IMG/VR virus record: IMGVR_UViG_3300048502_000015
Coordinates: 64,001-128,000 of that record
Direction: 5' to 3' (one strand)
Length of the DNA: 64,000 bases
Source: a virus
Taxonomy: Duplodnaviria; Caudoviricetes
Position numbers and translations under genes: made by a program. A model generated the notes under the pieces. It ran no database searches. It was given only the letters and a program-made list of their open reading frames with translations, and was not told the origin of the DNA. Positions 1-10,000 of the stretch are shown here, in pieces. Position 1 is the stretch's first letter, and every line of letters begins with the position of its first letter.

Positions 1-60
1 AACCTAGCTTGTTGGGTTGTCCTAAATTCATCATAGCAAACCATACCCAAAATACCGCCC

Positions 61-88
61 TTGACAAAATATTCTCGTGTGATATATC
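61..88 (+). promoter_or_regulatory. Candidate sigma70/sigmaA promoter upstream of the replication module
   Basis: TTGACA at 61-66 followed by TG-A-TATATC at 80-88. The -10 element is imperfect. Confidence 0.4.
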
Positions 89-263
89 GCGCGTGCGCGC
101 GTATGATTATTCTTAAATAAGAAGAAACTACCTACAAATACACGAATAACTATACTAATGAATTAACTAAAATGTGTTACAAAATAGTGCCTAAATATTG
201 GGCTAATATTTACGCTACGTGCGGGTATTATGGCAATCCAAAATGGTATGCTAAGATGTCAAT

Positions 264-569
264 ATGGGATTAGTTTCCAGACAAAAATGTTCCTCGTGGG
301 ATTTGTGGTTTGAAACCAAGGTTGATTCTCAGTCCAATCCGGACGAGAAATATGTAGTACTAATTCCTCTTCCAGATGATCCGGTTGAGGAATACATTTG
401 TGAGTGTCAAGGATATATCCATCGAGGTAAATGCCGCCATCAACAGATAGCCGCTGATTCGCTTTGTCGATGGGATGGAGAAACTCTTCAGACAGAAAAG
501 CAAATGCGTGATATGATATGTCCAAAGTGCGGCGATAAAACGATTTGGAGTACAGAGTGGATAAACTAG
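264..569 (+). CDS. SWIM-type zinc finger protein
   Basis: YICECQGYIHRGKCRH (CxC...CRH) plus a C-terminal CPKC. Confidence 0.65.
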   Translation: MGLVSRQKCSSWDLWFETKVDSQSNPDEKYVVLIPLPDDPVEEYICECQGYIHRGKCRHQQIAADSLCRWDGETLQTEKQMRDMICPKCGDKTIWSTEWIN

Positions 570-1174
570 AAGAAGTTTGTACCAAGTTAGGAAAGGCTCA
601 CAAAGCCCAAAAAGAAGAAAAAGACAATCTAGAGAATGGACGAAATGAATTTTTCACGTTGGCGACAGAAACTTTGGAGAAGACAACTCTGGCAAAAATG
701 GTTGTTGAATGGCCCGAAGGGGTGGACCCCTTGGAATATACCTCCCGGTACTATCCCGGATGGAGGGCAGTTAAGTTAGTCGATCACAAGGTTCAATTAG
801 AAGAAGATCCGGCCCTTAAGAAGTTTGTTTTTGTTAATCCGGTTGACGGTAAGGTATACCAGCGCAACGCTATTCAAGGTCAACCTCAACTTGATGACGA
901 ACTCCTTCGAGAGAAAGATCCGGACCTTTGGATCCGGATTACTGATGTTGAAAATCGTGCTTGGCTAGGTAATCTTCTTTACGAAATGAACGTAGAACCG
1001 GATGAGATTGATGAAATCCTAATTACTTACGATGCTCCACGGGTACTTAAACCAGCGGACGAACTTGATCCAGAAGACTTAGCTGCTATAACCGACTATT
1101 TGGTTCCATCCCCGATTACTCTTCGTCTTGAATCTCCTCGAAAGGCCACAGATGAAGAACTCCAAGAAAACTAA
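545..1174 (+). CDS. Hypothetical phage protein
   Basis: 209-aa ORF that abuts the next gene (TAA-ATG). Confidence 0.7.
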   Translation: MEYRVDKLEEVCTKLGKAHKAQKEEKDNLENGRNEFFTLATETLEKTTLAKMVVEWPEGVDPLEYTSRYYPGWRAVKLVDHKVQLEEDPALKKFVFVNPVDGKVYQRNAIQGQPQLDDELLREKDPDLWIRITDVENRAWLGNLLYEMNVEPDEIDEILITYDAPRVLKPADELDPEDLAAITDYLVPSPITLRLESPRKATDEELQEN

Positions 1175-1450
1175 ATGCGAACCACTACAGCCGAAAAATG
1201 GGGATTCAATTTTACCATCACCGACCTTGGTAAGTTTCTTGGAAAATCTCCTGTCACCTTACGAGGATGGGACAAAAGTGGATTTATCAATATCCCGCGA
1301 GAAGGAACAGACCGTAAGCTGGCATTACACGATATACGCGAAATTGCCATCGTTGCCAGAAAATCTCGACGTATATCTAACACTCGCTTTAACATAGTTA
1401 ATGCCGCCATCACTCTCTTAGAACTCATCGAACAGGAAAATTCAAAATGA
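1175..1450 (+). CDS. MerR/excisionase-like HTH DNA-binding protein
   Basis: FTITDLGKFLGKSPVTLRGWDKSG matches the MerR-type winged HTH pattern. Confidence 0.7.
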   Translation: MRTTTAEKWGFNFTITDLGKFLGKSPVTLRGWDKSGFINIPREGTDRKLALHDIREIAIVARKSRRISNTRFNIVNAAITLLELIEQENSK

Positions 1451-2055
1451 AGCTAGCAATCACCGGAGCACCAGGATCGGGAAAAACTCAGACGGCCAAG
1501 AGCATCGCTCGTCGCCTAACAAAGGTCGGAGAAAATGTCAAAGTAATCGACGGGTACGTTGAGCGACTCCAGTTAGAAACTGGTTTAGCATACGGTCATT
1601 TTGCTAGCTATCCACTGAACTTTCAAATCCTCTTTAATCGGCTAATGCTTGAACAGAAGTACCAGAACGAGGGTTTTAGTACGATCACTTGTGGGTCAAT
1701 CTATGAGACAACCCTCTATTGTGCTCTCCACGGAAATCGTTCTTGGGTAGGTTCCCCTGAGGATACCCGCGCCCATATTGAGGGTAAGATCACGATGGAA
1801 GCTATCAGTATGTTTGAAACCATGACAAGTGATTACTTGCATATTTTCAGACTACCCTACGATAGTAAAAGGCTTGCAGAAAAGGAAGACGGATGGGATA
1901 CCGTTATCGACCAAAAGCTTCCAGAAGTTCTTGAAGGATACTTTCGATATGCTACAGTTCTAGAAGGAACTCTAAAGGAAAGAACCGATTTTGCCATCAA
2001 CATCATTAACGCCATCCAGACTCAGACTCCCGAGGATGAACAACAGTCAGTTTGA
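1447..2055 (+). CDS. P-loop nucleotide kinase-like protein (AAA_28/dNMP kinase-like)
   Basis: N-terminal Walker A in MKLAITGAPGSGKT; ATGA overlap with the upstream gene. Confidence 0.65.
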   Translation: MKLAITGAPGSGKTQTAKSIARRLTKVGENVKVIDGYVERLQLETGLAYGHFASYPLNFQILFNRLMLEQKYQNEGFSTITCGSIYETTLYCALHGNRSWVGSPEDTRAHIEGKITMEAISMFETMTSDYLHIFRLPYDSKRLAEKEDGWDTVIDQKLPEVLEGYFRYATVLEGTLKERTDFAINIINAIQTQTPEDEQQSV

Positions 2056-2830
2056 CGAAGTTGAAACACTGATTGAACATTCTAAGTACTCCTCTCGGCA
2101 ATGCCCGACATGTGGCGTCTATTCTGAAGAGGCTGGACCCGGAGTTTACGAGTGGCCAGAAAGTACCTTTCGCCTTTGGGGAAAGGAATATCCCTGCGAC
2201 TGCGATTCTCAGATTACCTTAATGCGCCATTATCTTCTGGCCCATATGCCGGATGAGTATTGGCGGCTAAATGAGAAAGACTACTTCGGAGATCCAGAGG
2301 CTTGGAAAGAGACTCAGAAGTATCTCGATAACTGGGCCGGGATGAAGAATCATGGAATCGGCCTAGAGTTCTATTCTCCCCGTCAGGGAACTGGCAAGAC
2401 CTTCCTTGCAACCTATGTAGCACGCGAGCTAATTAAACGTGGCGAGCGAGTATACTTCATCACCTTCAGGAGCATCATCAGCCTTTATTCGAAGCCTTAC
2501 GAGGACCGCCAGATTGAGGAGAACCGTCTTCATAACGATACCGTTCTGGTACTTGATGAAGTGATTTCCCCGAACAGTCTAGCCCAGCAAAACCTCTTTG
2601 GAGACAAATTTGAAGAGCTTATTCGTGACCGCACTAACTATGGAAAGATTACAATTTTGACAACCAATTTGGTCCCAAATGAACTGGATGAGTACTATCC
2701 TCGTACATATTCGCTACTTAGTGCGAAACAAAAGCGGGTTAAGATCAACGGCGACGATGTTCGTAGAGAAGGAATGGGGCTAATCAATCTTGAATTAGCG
2801 GAGAATAACGAGTCGAGGCCGCTAAGCTAA
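2036..2830 (+). CDS. DnaC/IstB-like helicase loader ATPase
   Basis: CxxC/CxC zinc site, QGTGKT Walker A, VLVLDEV Walker B and TILTTNL; lies directly before DnaB. Start moved to ATG 2036. Confidence 0.85.
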   Translation: MNNSQFDEVETLIEHSKYSSRQCPTCGVYSEEAGPGVYEWPESTFRLWGKEYPCDCDSQITLMRHYLLAHMPDEYWRLNEKDYFGDPEAWKETQKYLDNWAGMKNHGIGLEFYSPRQGTGKTFLATYVARELIKRGERVYFITFRSIISLYSKPYEDRQIEENRLHNDTVLVLDEVISPNSLAQQNLFGDKFEELIRDRTNYGKITILTTNLVPNELDEYYPRTYSLLSAKQKRVKINGDDVRREGMGLINLELAENNESRPLS

Positions 2831-4062
2831 TGGCCGATATATTCATTCTCGATTTAGACGAAGAGTTCATGTCACACCTTGTCATTCAAGATTCTTGGTT
2901 GGTAATCCAATCCGAGTCAATCAGCTACGACCTTATTGAAGACCCCTTTGTTCAAAAGGTCTACGAGTACCAGCGAAACCATTTCCACAAAGAGGGAAAG
3001 ATTGCTACGGCGACCGTCCTAGCAGAAGAGTTTGATGTCGATTTTGTTGAGCCAGAAACGGCGATTCATGATCTTGTTGAGCGACTACAGGTTAGATACC
3101 TCAAGAATAAGGGACGAGATACCCTTAAAGAGGCCATCGAGATTCAGAAGGAAGATCCTCTTGCCGTTCCGGGATTCCTGGTTAGAAAAGGTCGAGAGCT
3201 AGTTGCCATCAGTTCTACAAAGGGCGAAACCTTTGGATCTGGAGACTTTGATCGATCAATGCTTCTCTATGACAAGAAGGTTAACGTTGGACCCGGAGCT
3301 AGCTTAGGATTTGATGAACTCAATGACCACTTTTATGGACAGAGAGGATTGACATTTCTAATAGCGCCCCCAAAGAACTACAAGAGTTGGATGATAATCA
3401 ATACCCAGATTGCCAACGTCATCGACGGGAAATTCCCGTACACCTATAGTCTAGAACTTCCTGCGGAAGAAACAGATATGCGGCTACGTTGTCTTATGGC
3501 CGACGTTCCCTGGTGGAGATACCTCAAGAACTCCTTGAAGCCTGAACAAAAGGAGAAAATGAGAGAGGCGTCTGAGTACCTTGATGACATCGGAGTTTAT
3601 CGAATTACCAAGCCGCCACAAGGCGAGCGGTCGATTGATCAACTTGTAGACCGTGCTGGCAATGCAGGAGCCGATTTGGTCCTTATCGACCAGCTTCAGT
3701 ATGTTGAGGTTGATGGAAAATCTCTTGGCGAGCTTAACAATACCGGAGCCTATTTCGGGGTTATCAATCGCGCCCGTAACCTGTCGGATGACATTCCAAT
3801 AATGATTGCCCATCAATTCAACCGGCAGGCGATGTTTGCCGATGAGATGCCAGATATTCGGTATGCAAAGGGATCTTCTGCAATTGAGGAGGCTGCTACT
3901 CTAGCTTTGGGTCTATGGGCAAACAAGGATATGCGCCGTTCAGGAATTCTTGAAATGGGAACCCTGATCTCCCGCAACTACATGTATGCCTCCTGGGAAC
4001 TTGAAGTTGAGTTAAGTCGAGGATGCAGTTTCAAAGTGATCGGTCGCAAAGAAGATGAGTGA
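2830..4062 (+). CDS. dnaB: DnaB-like replicative helicase
   Basis: Degenerate Walker A APPKNYKS, SLEL, LVLIDQLQ, HQFNR and SSAIEEAA motifs. Confidence 0.85.
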   Translation: MADIFILDLDEEFMSHLVIQDSWLVIQSESISYDLIEDPFVQKVYEYQRNHFHKEGKIATATVLAEEFDVDFVEPETAIHDLVERLQVRYLKNKGRDTLKEAIEIQKEDPLAVPGFLVRKGRELVAISSTKGETFGSGDFDRSMLLYDKKVNVGPGASLGFDELNDHFYGQRGLTFLIAPPKNYKSWMIINTQIANVIDGKFPYTYSLELPAEETDMRLRCLMADVPWWRYLKNSLKPEQKEKMREASEYLDDIGVYRITKPPQGERSIDQLVDRAGNAGADLVLIDQLQYVEVDGKSLGELNNTGAYFGVINRARNLSDDIPIMIAHQFNRQAMFADEMPDIRYAKGSSAIEEAATLALGLWANKDMRRSGILEMGTLISRNYMYASWELEVELSRGCSFKVIGRKEDE

Positions 4063-4261
4063 TGAACCGACGATAATTCCGTCTTGGTTATCTGATGAAG
4101 ACGAGATAGCTCCGTGTCCCTGCGGAGGACCAAGAATAGGTCCAATCGCCGTTATCAAAAGCGAGCGCGGACTAAAGACCGGCTACCACTATCCCGGTTG
4201 TCTCCAACTTCGTAGGGCACATGAAGAACTTGATGAAGAAGATACTATCGACTGGGAGTGA
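4055..4261 (+). CDS. Small hypothetical protein (Cys/His-containing)
   Basis: 68-aa ORF overlapping the dnaB stop. Confidence 0.55.
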   Translation: MSDEPTIIPSWLSDEDEIAPCPCGGPRIGPIAVIKSERGLKTGYHYPGCLQLRRAHEELDEEDTIDWE

Positions 4262-4273
4262 TATACTTAGCTA
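4259..4273 (+). promoter_or_regulatory. Extended -10 promoter giving a leaderless primase transcript
   Basis: TG-A-TATACT, 6 nt, then ATG 4274; the TGA is also the upstream stop codon. Confidence 0.7.
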
Positions 4274-5353
4274 ATGGCTAAGTTACGCTATTCCGAGTTT
4301 GTAGATGATATCGATGTAGACGCTTTTGAAGCGGCTATTGGTTTCGACGCGCAAAGTAACGATAAAGGTAACGATATCGGATTTTGTCCTGACTTTTGGG
4401 GCCTCCATAAGAACGGAGACACCACCGGAAAGTTTGCTATCCATCGGGACAAAAGGGTCTATAATTGCTGGGTATGCGGGGGAGGATCTCTCCTTGACCT
4501 AGCTATGCACGCCAATGATATGGACGTTGATGACGCCACCTACTGGCTTTATCAATTTGCCCACGGAGAACAGAAGACCGACTCCGAATTTACTGAATAT
4601 CTTCTTGAGATGCTCAAAGATGTTGAAAAGCGTGTTGCCACAATGCCTTATTTCAATGAGCGAGTTCTAGACCGCTTTAACGGTCCCCGAGACTGGTTCT
4701 ATGATCGGGGAATCTCGGATGAGGTTATCGAAGCTCATAAACTTGGAACCAGCCTACTATACCAGAAGACCGCTCCTCGAAAGAACGTCGGATCTGAAAA
4801 GGTCAAGATTGACGAAGACTACATTGGTCCAGTAGCCATCTTCCCTCATTACTGGCAGGGTAAACTTGTTGGTTGGCAGCATCGCTGGATCGATTTTCCC
4901 GATACTCCAAAGTGGCTTGGTAAATGGGTCAATACGACCGATTTTCCAAAATCTGAAACTCTCTACAACTTTGATAACGCTCAGAAGGCTAAGGAGCCGA
5001 TTGTGGTAACCGAATCAGTTGCCTCTGTGCTCTTCCTAGAGACATGCCAAATTCCTGCGGTGTCCACATTCGGCTCAGACGTTTCAGAAGCCCAATTGAG
5101 ATTATTGAGGCGTTTTCAGGCTGGCGTTTTGCTATGCCCGGATAACGACAAACCTGAGAGTGACAAAATGGGAGCCGGAGAGAAATGGGCAGGCACCATT
5201 ACCCGATACCTGGAGCGTCATATCCCAGTCAAGCAGCTTCCTCCAGTACCCCTTGGACAGGGAGCCGATTTAGGTGACTTTGCCTATACAGATCATCCCT
5301 ATGATGATCTTATGGCACATCTAGATTTGGCGTATGATAGCCTCTCTTTATAG
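4274..5353 (+). CDS. dnaG: DNA primase (zinc-binding domain plus TOPRIM)
   Basis: CPD...H...CWVC zinc finger, KSETLYN, VVTES and CPDND TOPRIM motifs. Confidence 0.9.
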   Translation: MAKLRYSEFVDDIDVDAFEAAIGFDAQSNDKGNDIGFCPDFWGLHKNGDTTGKFAIHRDKRVYNCWVCGGGSLLDLAMHANDMDVDDATYWLYQFAHGEQKTDSEFTEYLLEMLKDVEKRVATMPYFNERVLDRFNGPRDWFYDRGISDEVIEAHKLGTSLLYQKTAPRKNVGSEKVKIDEDYIGPVAIFPHYWQGKLVGWQHRWIDFPDTPKWLGKWVNTTDFPKSETLYNFDNAQKAKEPIVVTESVASVLFLETCQIPAVSTFGSDVSEAQLRLLRRFQAGVLLCPDNDKPESDKMGAGEKWAGTITRYLERHIPVKQLPPVPLGQGADLGDFAYTDHPYDDLMAHLDLAYDSLSL

Positions 5354-5357
5354 CCCA

Positions 5358-5377
5358 ATCGGGACCATAATAGGTGA
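5358..5377 (+). promoter_or_regulatory. Putative phage late promoter motif
   Basis: atC-gggacca-TAAT-aggt-GA; the final A is the first base of ATG 5377. Confidence 0.55.
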
Positions 5378-5529
5378 TGGCCTTCACAAAGTTAATGTCA
5401 ACTGAGTCTGTTGCGGTTCTAACCGACGAGGATGCTGCTCGTATCAATAATGCGATCAGTAAGCTTGGAAAGAGTTCTGCCGCAGAGCTTTCAGATGACG
5501 AACGTGAAGTAACATTGCAGTCGAAGTAA
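5377..5529 (+). CDS. Small 50-aa protein not in the ORF track
   Basis: MAFTKLMSTESVAVLTDEDAARINNAISKLGKSSAAELSDDEREVTLQSK; fills the primase-SSB gap and has its own promoter motif. Confidence 0.6.
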   Translation: MAFTKLMSTESVAVLTDEDAARINNAISKLGKSSAAELSDDEREVTLQSK

Positions 5530-5535
5530 ATTTCC

Positions 5536-5563
5536 TTGCGTAGGAAAACTCATCTGCTATGAT
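5536..5563 (+). promoter_or_regulatory. SigmaA-type promoter for the SSB/RNase H/dnaE operon
   Basis: TTGCGT, 16 nt, TATGAT with an extended TG; an ATCTG...CAGAT inverted repeat flanks the -10. Confidence 0.55.
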
Positions 5564-5615
5564 CAGATGAGAGGCTCAAAGTAGCCTGATAATAAATCGA
5601 ATTAGAGGTAATAAT

Positions 5616-6632
5616 ATGTCACCGTTAGAATTTAGACGTGGTAGAGAAGAGATTCAAAAGGTAGTTGAAGAGCGTAACTCTTCTGACGGAGGTAGCTTCA
5701 CTCCATTCCTTCCGAACATTTACTGGAAGGACGACAAGGAAGAGAAGTACCTGTTGTTTTTGAATGACATCGATTCTATTCCTAGACTCGATCTCATTAC
5801 TTTCATCCCTGACGGAAATCATGTCGCAAATGTAATTGCGCACACGGATCAGGTTTTTGGTGAAAGTTCAGATCCGTTCATCGACAAGTGGGATGCAACC
5901 GCTCGTGAAATGAACATTGCAATAGCCGTTGAGCTAGAGCCGAAGTTCGAATTGGTTGAGGGTCGTAAGCGTCCTCGTGGATTCGAAGTAGCCACTCGTG
6001 AATTTGATCGGAAGGTTCGAGATGAGGACGGAGAAGCTACAGATGAAACCGAAGAAGTTACGGTTCCAGTTGTCGGCGTAATTGTTCAGTCAACCACTAA
6101 CTTCTTTGCCCACATTGAGGCTTATGATGCTAGTGATGCTCCGATTCATTCTACTCCAATCCGAGTAAAGCGAATTGGTAAGGGCACGAACACCAGCTAT
6201 AACGTCGATGGGTTCCCGGATCAGAAGATTGATTTGACCAACCTTATCGAGTACATTCCTGGAATCTCGTACCTAGACAAGGACGAGATTGAGGCCATTG
6301 TAGAAGACTCGGAGAATCAGTCTCCAGAGGAAACCGCATTGGTAATCGGAAGCGTTCTGCTAGAGAAGCATCTACAGGAACTAGCTGATCAGGAGCGTTA
6401 TGAGCGACTGCTTGATAACGTTACCGAATCGTTGGACAAGTTCGGAAAGAACAAGAAGAAGGAAAAGAAGCCTGCTACTCGTTCAACCCGTCCTTCTCAG
6501 CGTCGTTCGGCAGAAGCAGAAGAGCCAAAGGAAGCTAAGGAAGAGGTAACCCAGGACTCCCCAGCGAAGTCTAAGCTTGAAGAAATTCGAGCAAAGGCCG
6601 AAGCAAAAAGGGCAGCTAAGGGTGACTCTTAA
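5616..6632 (+). CDS. Probable single-stranded DNA-binding protein (gp32-like)
   Basis: Lies between primase and polymerase; RVKRIGKGTNTSYNV OB-fold-like motif; charged C-terminal tail; RBS GAGG. Confidence 0.55.
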   Translation: MSPLEFRRGREEIQKVVEERNSSDGGSFTPFLPNIYWKDDKEEKYLLFLNDIDSIPRLDLITFIPDGNHVANVIAHTDQVFGESSDPFIDKWDATAREMNIAIAVELEPKFELVEGRKRPRGFEVATREFDRKVRDEDGEATDETEEVTVPVVGVIVQSTTNFFAHIEAYDASDAPIHSTPIRVKRIGKGTNTSYNVDGFPDQKIDLTNLIEYIPGISYLDKDEIEAIVEDSENQSPEETALVIGSVLLEKHLQELADQERYERLLDNVTESLDKFGKNKKKEKKPATRSTRPSQRRSAEAEEPKEAKEEVTQDSPAKSKLEEIRAKAEAKRAAKGDS

Positions 6633-7047
6633 AGGACCTGAAATTGGATTGTTTACTGATGGGTCCGCCTATCATGTAGACCAATCCGGTGGTTGGGCCT
6701 GGATTGCCTTCGACACTTTTGATGAAGAAGAATTCGACTTTGGTGGCGAATCAGAAACCACCAATAATCGAATGGAGTTAACTGCATGGATCGAGGGATT
6801 GAAGTCGTTATATCGATCTCTCGGTCCATGTGATGTGCTAGTATATTCTGATAGCCAGTATGTCGGCTTAGGAGCGATGGACCCCGGAAGAAAACGAAAG
6901 ATGAACGTTGATCTCTGGGAAGATCTTGATTCGGCAGTAGCTCGACACTCATACGTTGAATTCGTTTGGGTCAAGGGCCACGATGACAGTTATTACAACC
7001 ACTTTGTAGATGAATTAGCAGGAGAAGCACGAAAAGCATGTCAATAG
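6622..7047 (+). CDS. rnhA: Ribonuclease HI
   Basis: FTDGS, TTNNRMEL, YSDSQY, NVDLW and WVKGH...N..VDELA motifs; GTG start at 6622. Confidence 0.95.
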   Translation: MTLKGPEIGLFTDGSAYHVDQSGGWAWIAFDTFDEEEFDFGGESETTNNRMELTAWIEGLKSLYRSLGPCDVLVYSDSQYVGLGAMDPGRKRKMNVDLWEDLDSAVARHSYVEFVWVKGHDDSYYNHFVDELAGEARKACQ

Positions 7048-10000
7048 TCCCGTTGCACAATCATAGCCATTATTCTCAACTTGACGGTTTTTCAACCCCT
7101 GAGGAGATTGCCGAACGTTGTGTTCAAATCGGTTGCTCATGTTGTGGTCTAACGGACCACGGAGTTGTCACCGGACACTTGGATTTTTCGAAGCAGCTAA
7201 CTAAACGTGGCATCAAGCCAATATACGGCTGCGAATTATACCATGGCGTAGTTCCTCACAACAACATCGGTAAAGGCCGCGACCAAGCTCACCTGATAGC
7301 TTTGGCCATGACAGACGAAGGATTGAAGAACCTCTGGCGGCTAGTTAATGCTACTGCCTCTAGAGAGCGTTTTCATCAGGTTGGTAGGATTAACTGGGAA
7401 GACCTAGAAAAGTATCGAGAAGGGCTTGTTGTAACCTCTGCGTGCGCCTTAGGGTTGGTTCCTAAGAACGTAGTTCACGGAGATTATGATTACCTCAACC
7501 GCTACCTTGATATCTTTGGTGACAATTTCTACATTGAGATTCATACCTATCCTACTAACAAGGATTTCATTGACAAGGATAGCGATGAAGTGTCTAATAT
7601 GGGTATCATTAATGAGGCTCTCATTTCGGTTGCCCAGGAACGTGGGCTTCCAATGGTCTATGCTAATGATGCTCATTATGCCTTCCCTGAACAGTATCCT
7701 CAACACGACCTTTATCTAGCTCTTCAAACCGGCCAAACGGTTTTTACCCCGGTTGAAGATCGCAAACAATGGCACCCTCCCGGAGCCGTATCCATTATGG
7801 ATGAAGTCGGAGTACGTAATGCCCTCGACTATCTTCCCGACTATGTAATAGACGAAGCTCTTGCTAATAGTGTGGCTATTGGAGAACGAGCAAATGCGGG
7901 ACTACCTAAAACGGGTCGTCATCTTCCGGTTTTTGTTCCCGCCGATTGCCCATTCTTGGACGAGGAGCAGGCGACTAAAACGGCAGAAGAACTTTTTGTC
8001 GAATTGGTAGAACAGGGGCTTTATCATCGATATGGTGAGGAACCATCTTCTGAGGTTTGGGAACGTGCCGTATACGAGATGGAAACTTTGATCAAGGACA
8101 ACATTCATCATTACTTTTTGATGGGCTGGGACGAGATCAAATTTGCCGAGGGAGAAGGAATTGAAATCGGTCCCGGACGAGGTTCTTCTGCTGGTTCTAT
8201 CGTCGCCTACGCTCTTGGAATTACCGATGTTGATCCGCTCCACTATGGACTCATCTTTGAGCGATTTTGGAATTCAGGACGTACTGATGGCTTCCCAGAT
8301 ATCGATACTGACTTTGCTCGCTCTGGCCGACCTAAGATCCGCGAATACCTTATCGAGCGATGGGGAATTAACCGAGTTTGTTCGATTGGAACAGTTGGAC
8401 GAATGAAGCCCAAGGCTGTTGTGGATAAACTTCACAAGGGATGCGGGATATCCTATTCGGAGGCCGATGCTTTGAAGAAGATCCTCGATGGAACCCGAGA
8501 TCTTGAAATTCACGGTGCCGATCAGATTGGGTGGAATCCTGATATCGAGCCGGGTAAGGTAATTTACGTCAAAGAGGATGTTGGAGAGGCAATCGATCAA
8601 TGGATCGTGGCAGAACCTTCTAGACAAAAATTGCGCCAACTCTTCATCGACATGTGCGAACAGTGTTGTTCCCGAGTAGAGGGTTACGGGATTCACGCTT
8701 CTGGAATCGTTATCTCTGACATTGATTTGGCCGACTATGCTCCTGCGTATCTTCGAGGGGGAAAGGAAGAGGGAATCCCCGCCACAATGTTTCCAATGGC
8801 CGAGATCGAAAAGCTAGGACTCAATAAACTTGACGTTCTTGGTTTGGCAACTCTTGACACTCTTGATATTTGGAAGAAGCAGATGGCCAAACAAGGAGTA
8901 GATATTACATGGTCCGGATTGGATAAAGAGGATCATCCTCATGGAATGTGGAAGCTTCTCGCTGACGGAATCTGTGCCGGAATCTTCCAGGTCGAGCAGG
9001 GATATCCGAAGCAGCTATGCGAAAAGATGAAGCCAGAAACGGTTGAAGATTTGGCCGTTCTTGTGGCTCTAAACCGTCCTGGACCGATTGGCGAGAAGAT
9101 CCCCGAAAGTTACATTGCGCGCCGCCTTGGAAAGGAAGAGGTTACCTATCCTCATCCAATTCTTGAGGAAATTTTGAAACCAACCTACGGACTCTTCGTA
9201 TATCAGGAACAGGTCATTGCCTTTTATAACGCCATCGGCTATACCCTTCACGAAGCCGACGCCGTTCGAAAGATTTTGGGTAAGAAAAAGCCAGAAGAAC
9301 TTGCCGCCCTTTATGACGGGTCCGGAGAATGGGAAGGACGTAGTTATCCTTCAATGGCTCAGGTTGCCGGAATTCCAAGAGATCGAGCAGACGCTATTTG
9401 GAAGACTCTTGAACGATTTGCTTCTTACTCGTTTAATAAGTCTCATGCGGTTGCTTATGGCATCATTGCTTTCCGCACGGCCTTTGCCAAGTACTATGGA
9501 ACGGCGGAATTCTATGCATCCAACATTCAGATCGTAGAAGACAAGAAACGAAAGAAGATGCTTCCAAAGTATGTCTCGGAAGGCCGTCGCTACTTCAATA
9601 TTCAGACATTGCCTCCGGATATCATCCTGTCGGACGAAAAGACCTCTGTAATCGACGGAAACGTTTATCTGGGATTTTCTGATGTCAAGGGTGTCAAGAG
9701 TAGCGGATCGGTTATCGTCGCAATGCGTAAGGAAGGTAAGTATGACCTCTCTAGTCCAGAAACGTTTCTAAATCAGCTTGAAATTGCAAACAAAGAATTT
9801 GCAAAGGCAAAGAAAGAGGCCGCAGCGAACGGAACCCCTTGGGGAAAGGAAATTAAGTCTCCGAAGCAGCAGATTGATAAAGCCAAGATTCAGGCACTCC
9901 TAGATGTGGGTGCCTGGGGTCAGGATGACGTATCCTTGAAGGATATCCAGTTCTTTGAGTCAGAATTACTACACGTTACTCTTACCGATAATGTCGATGC

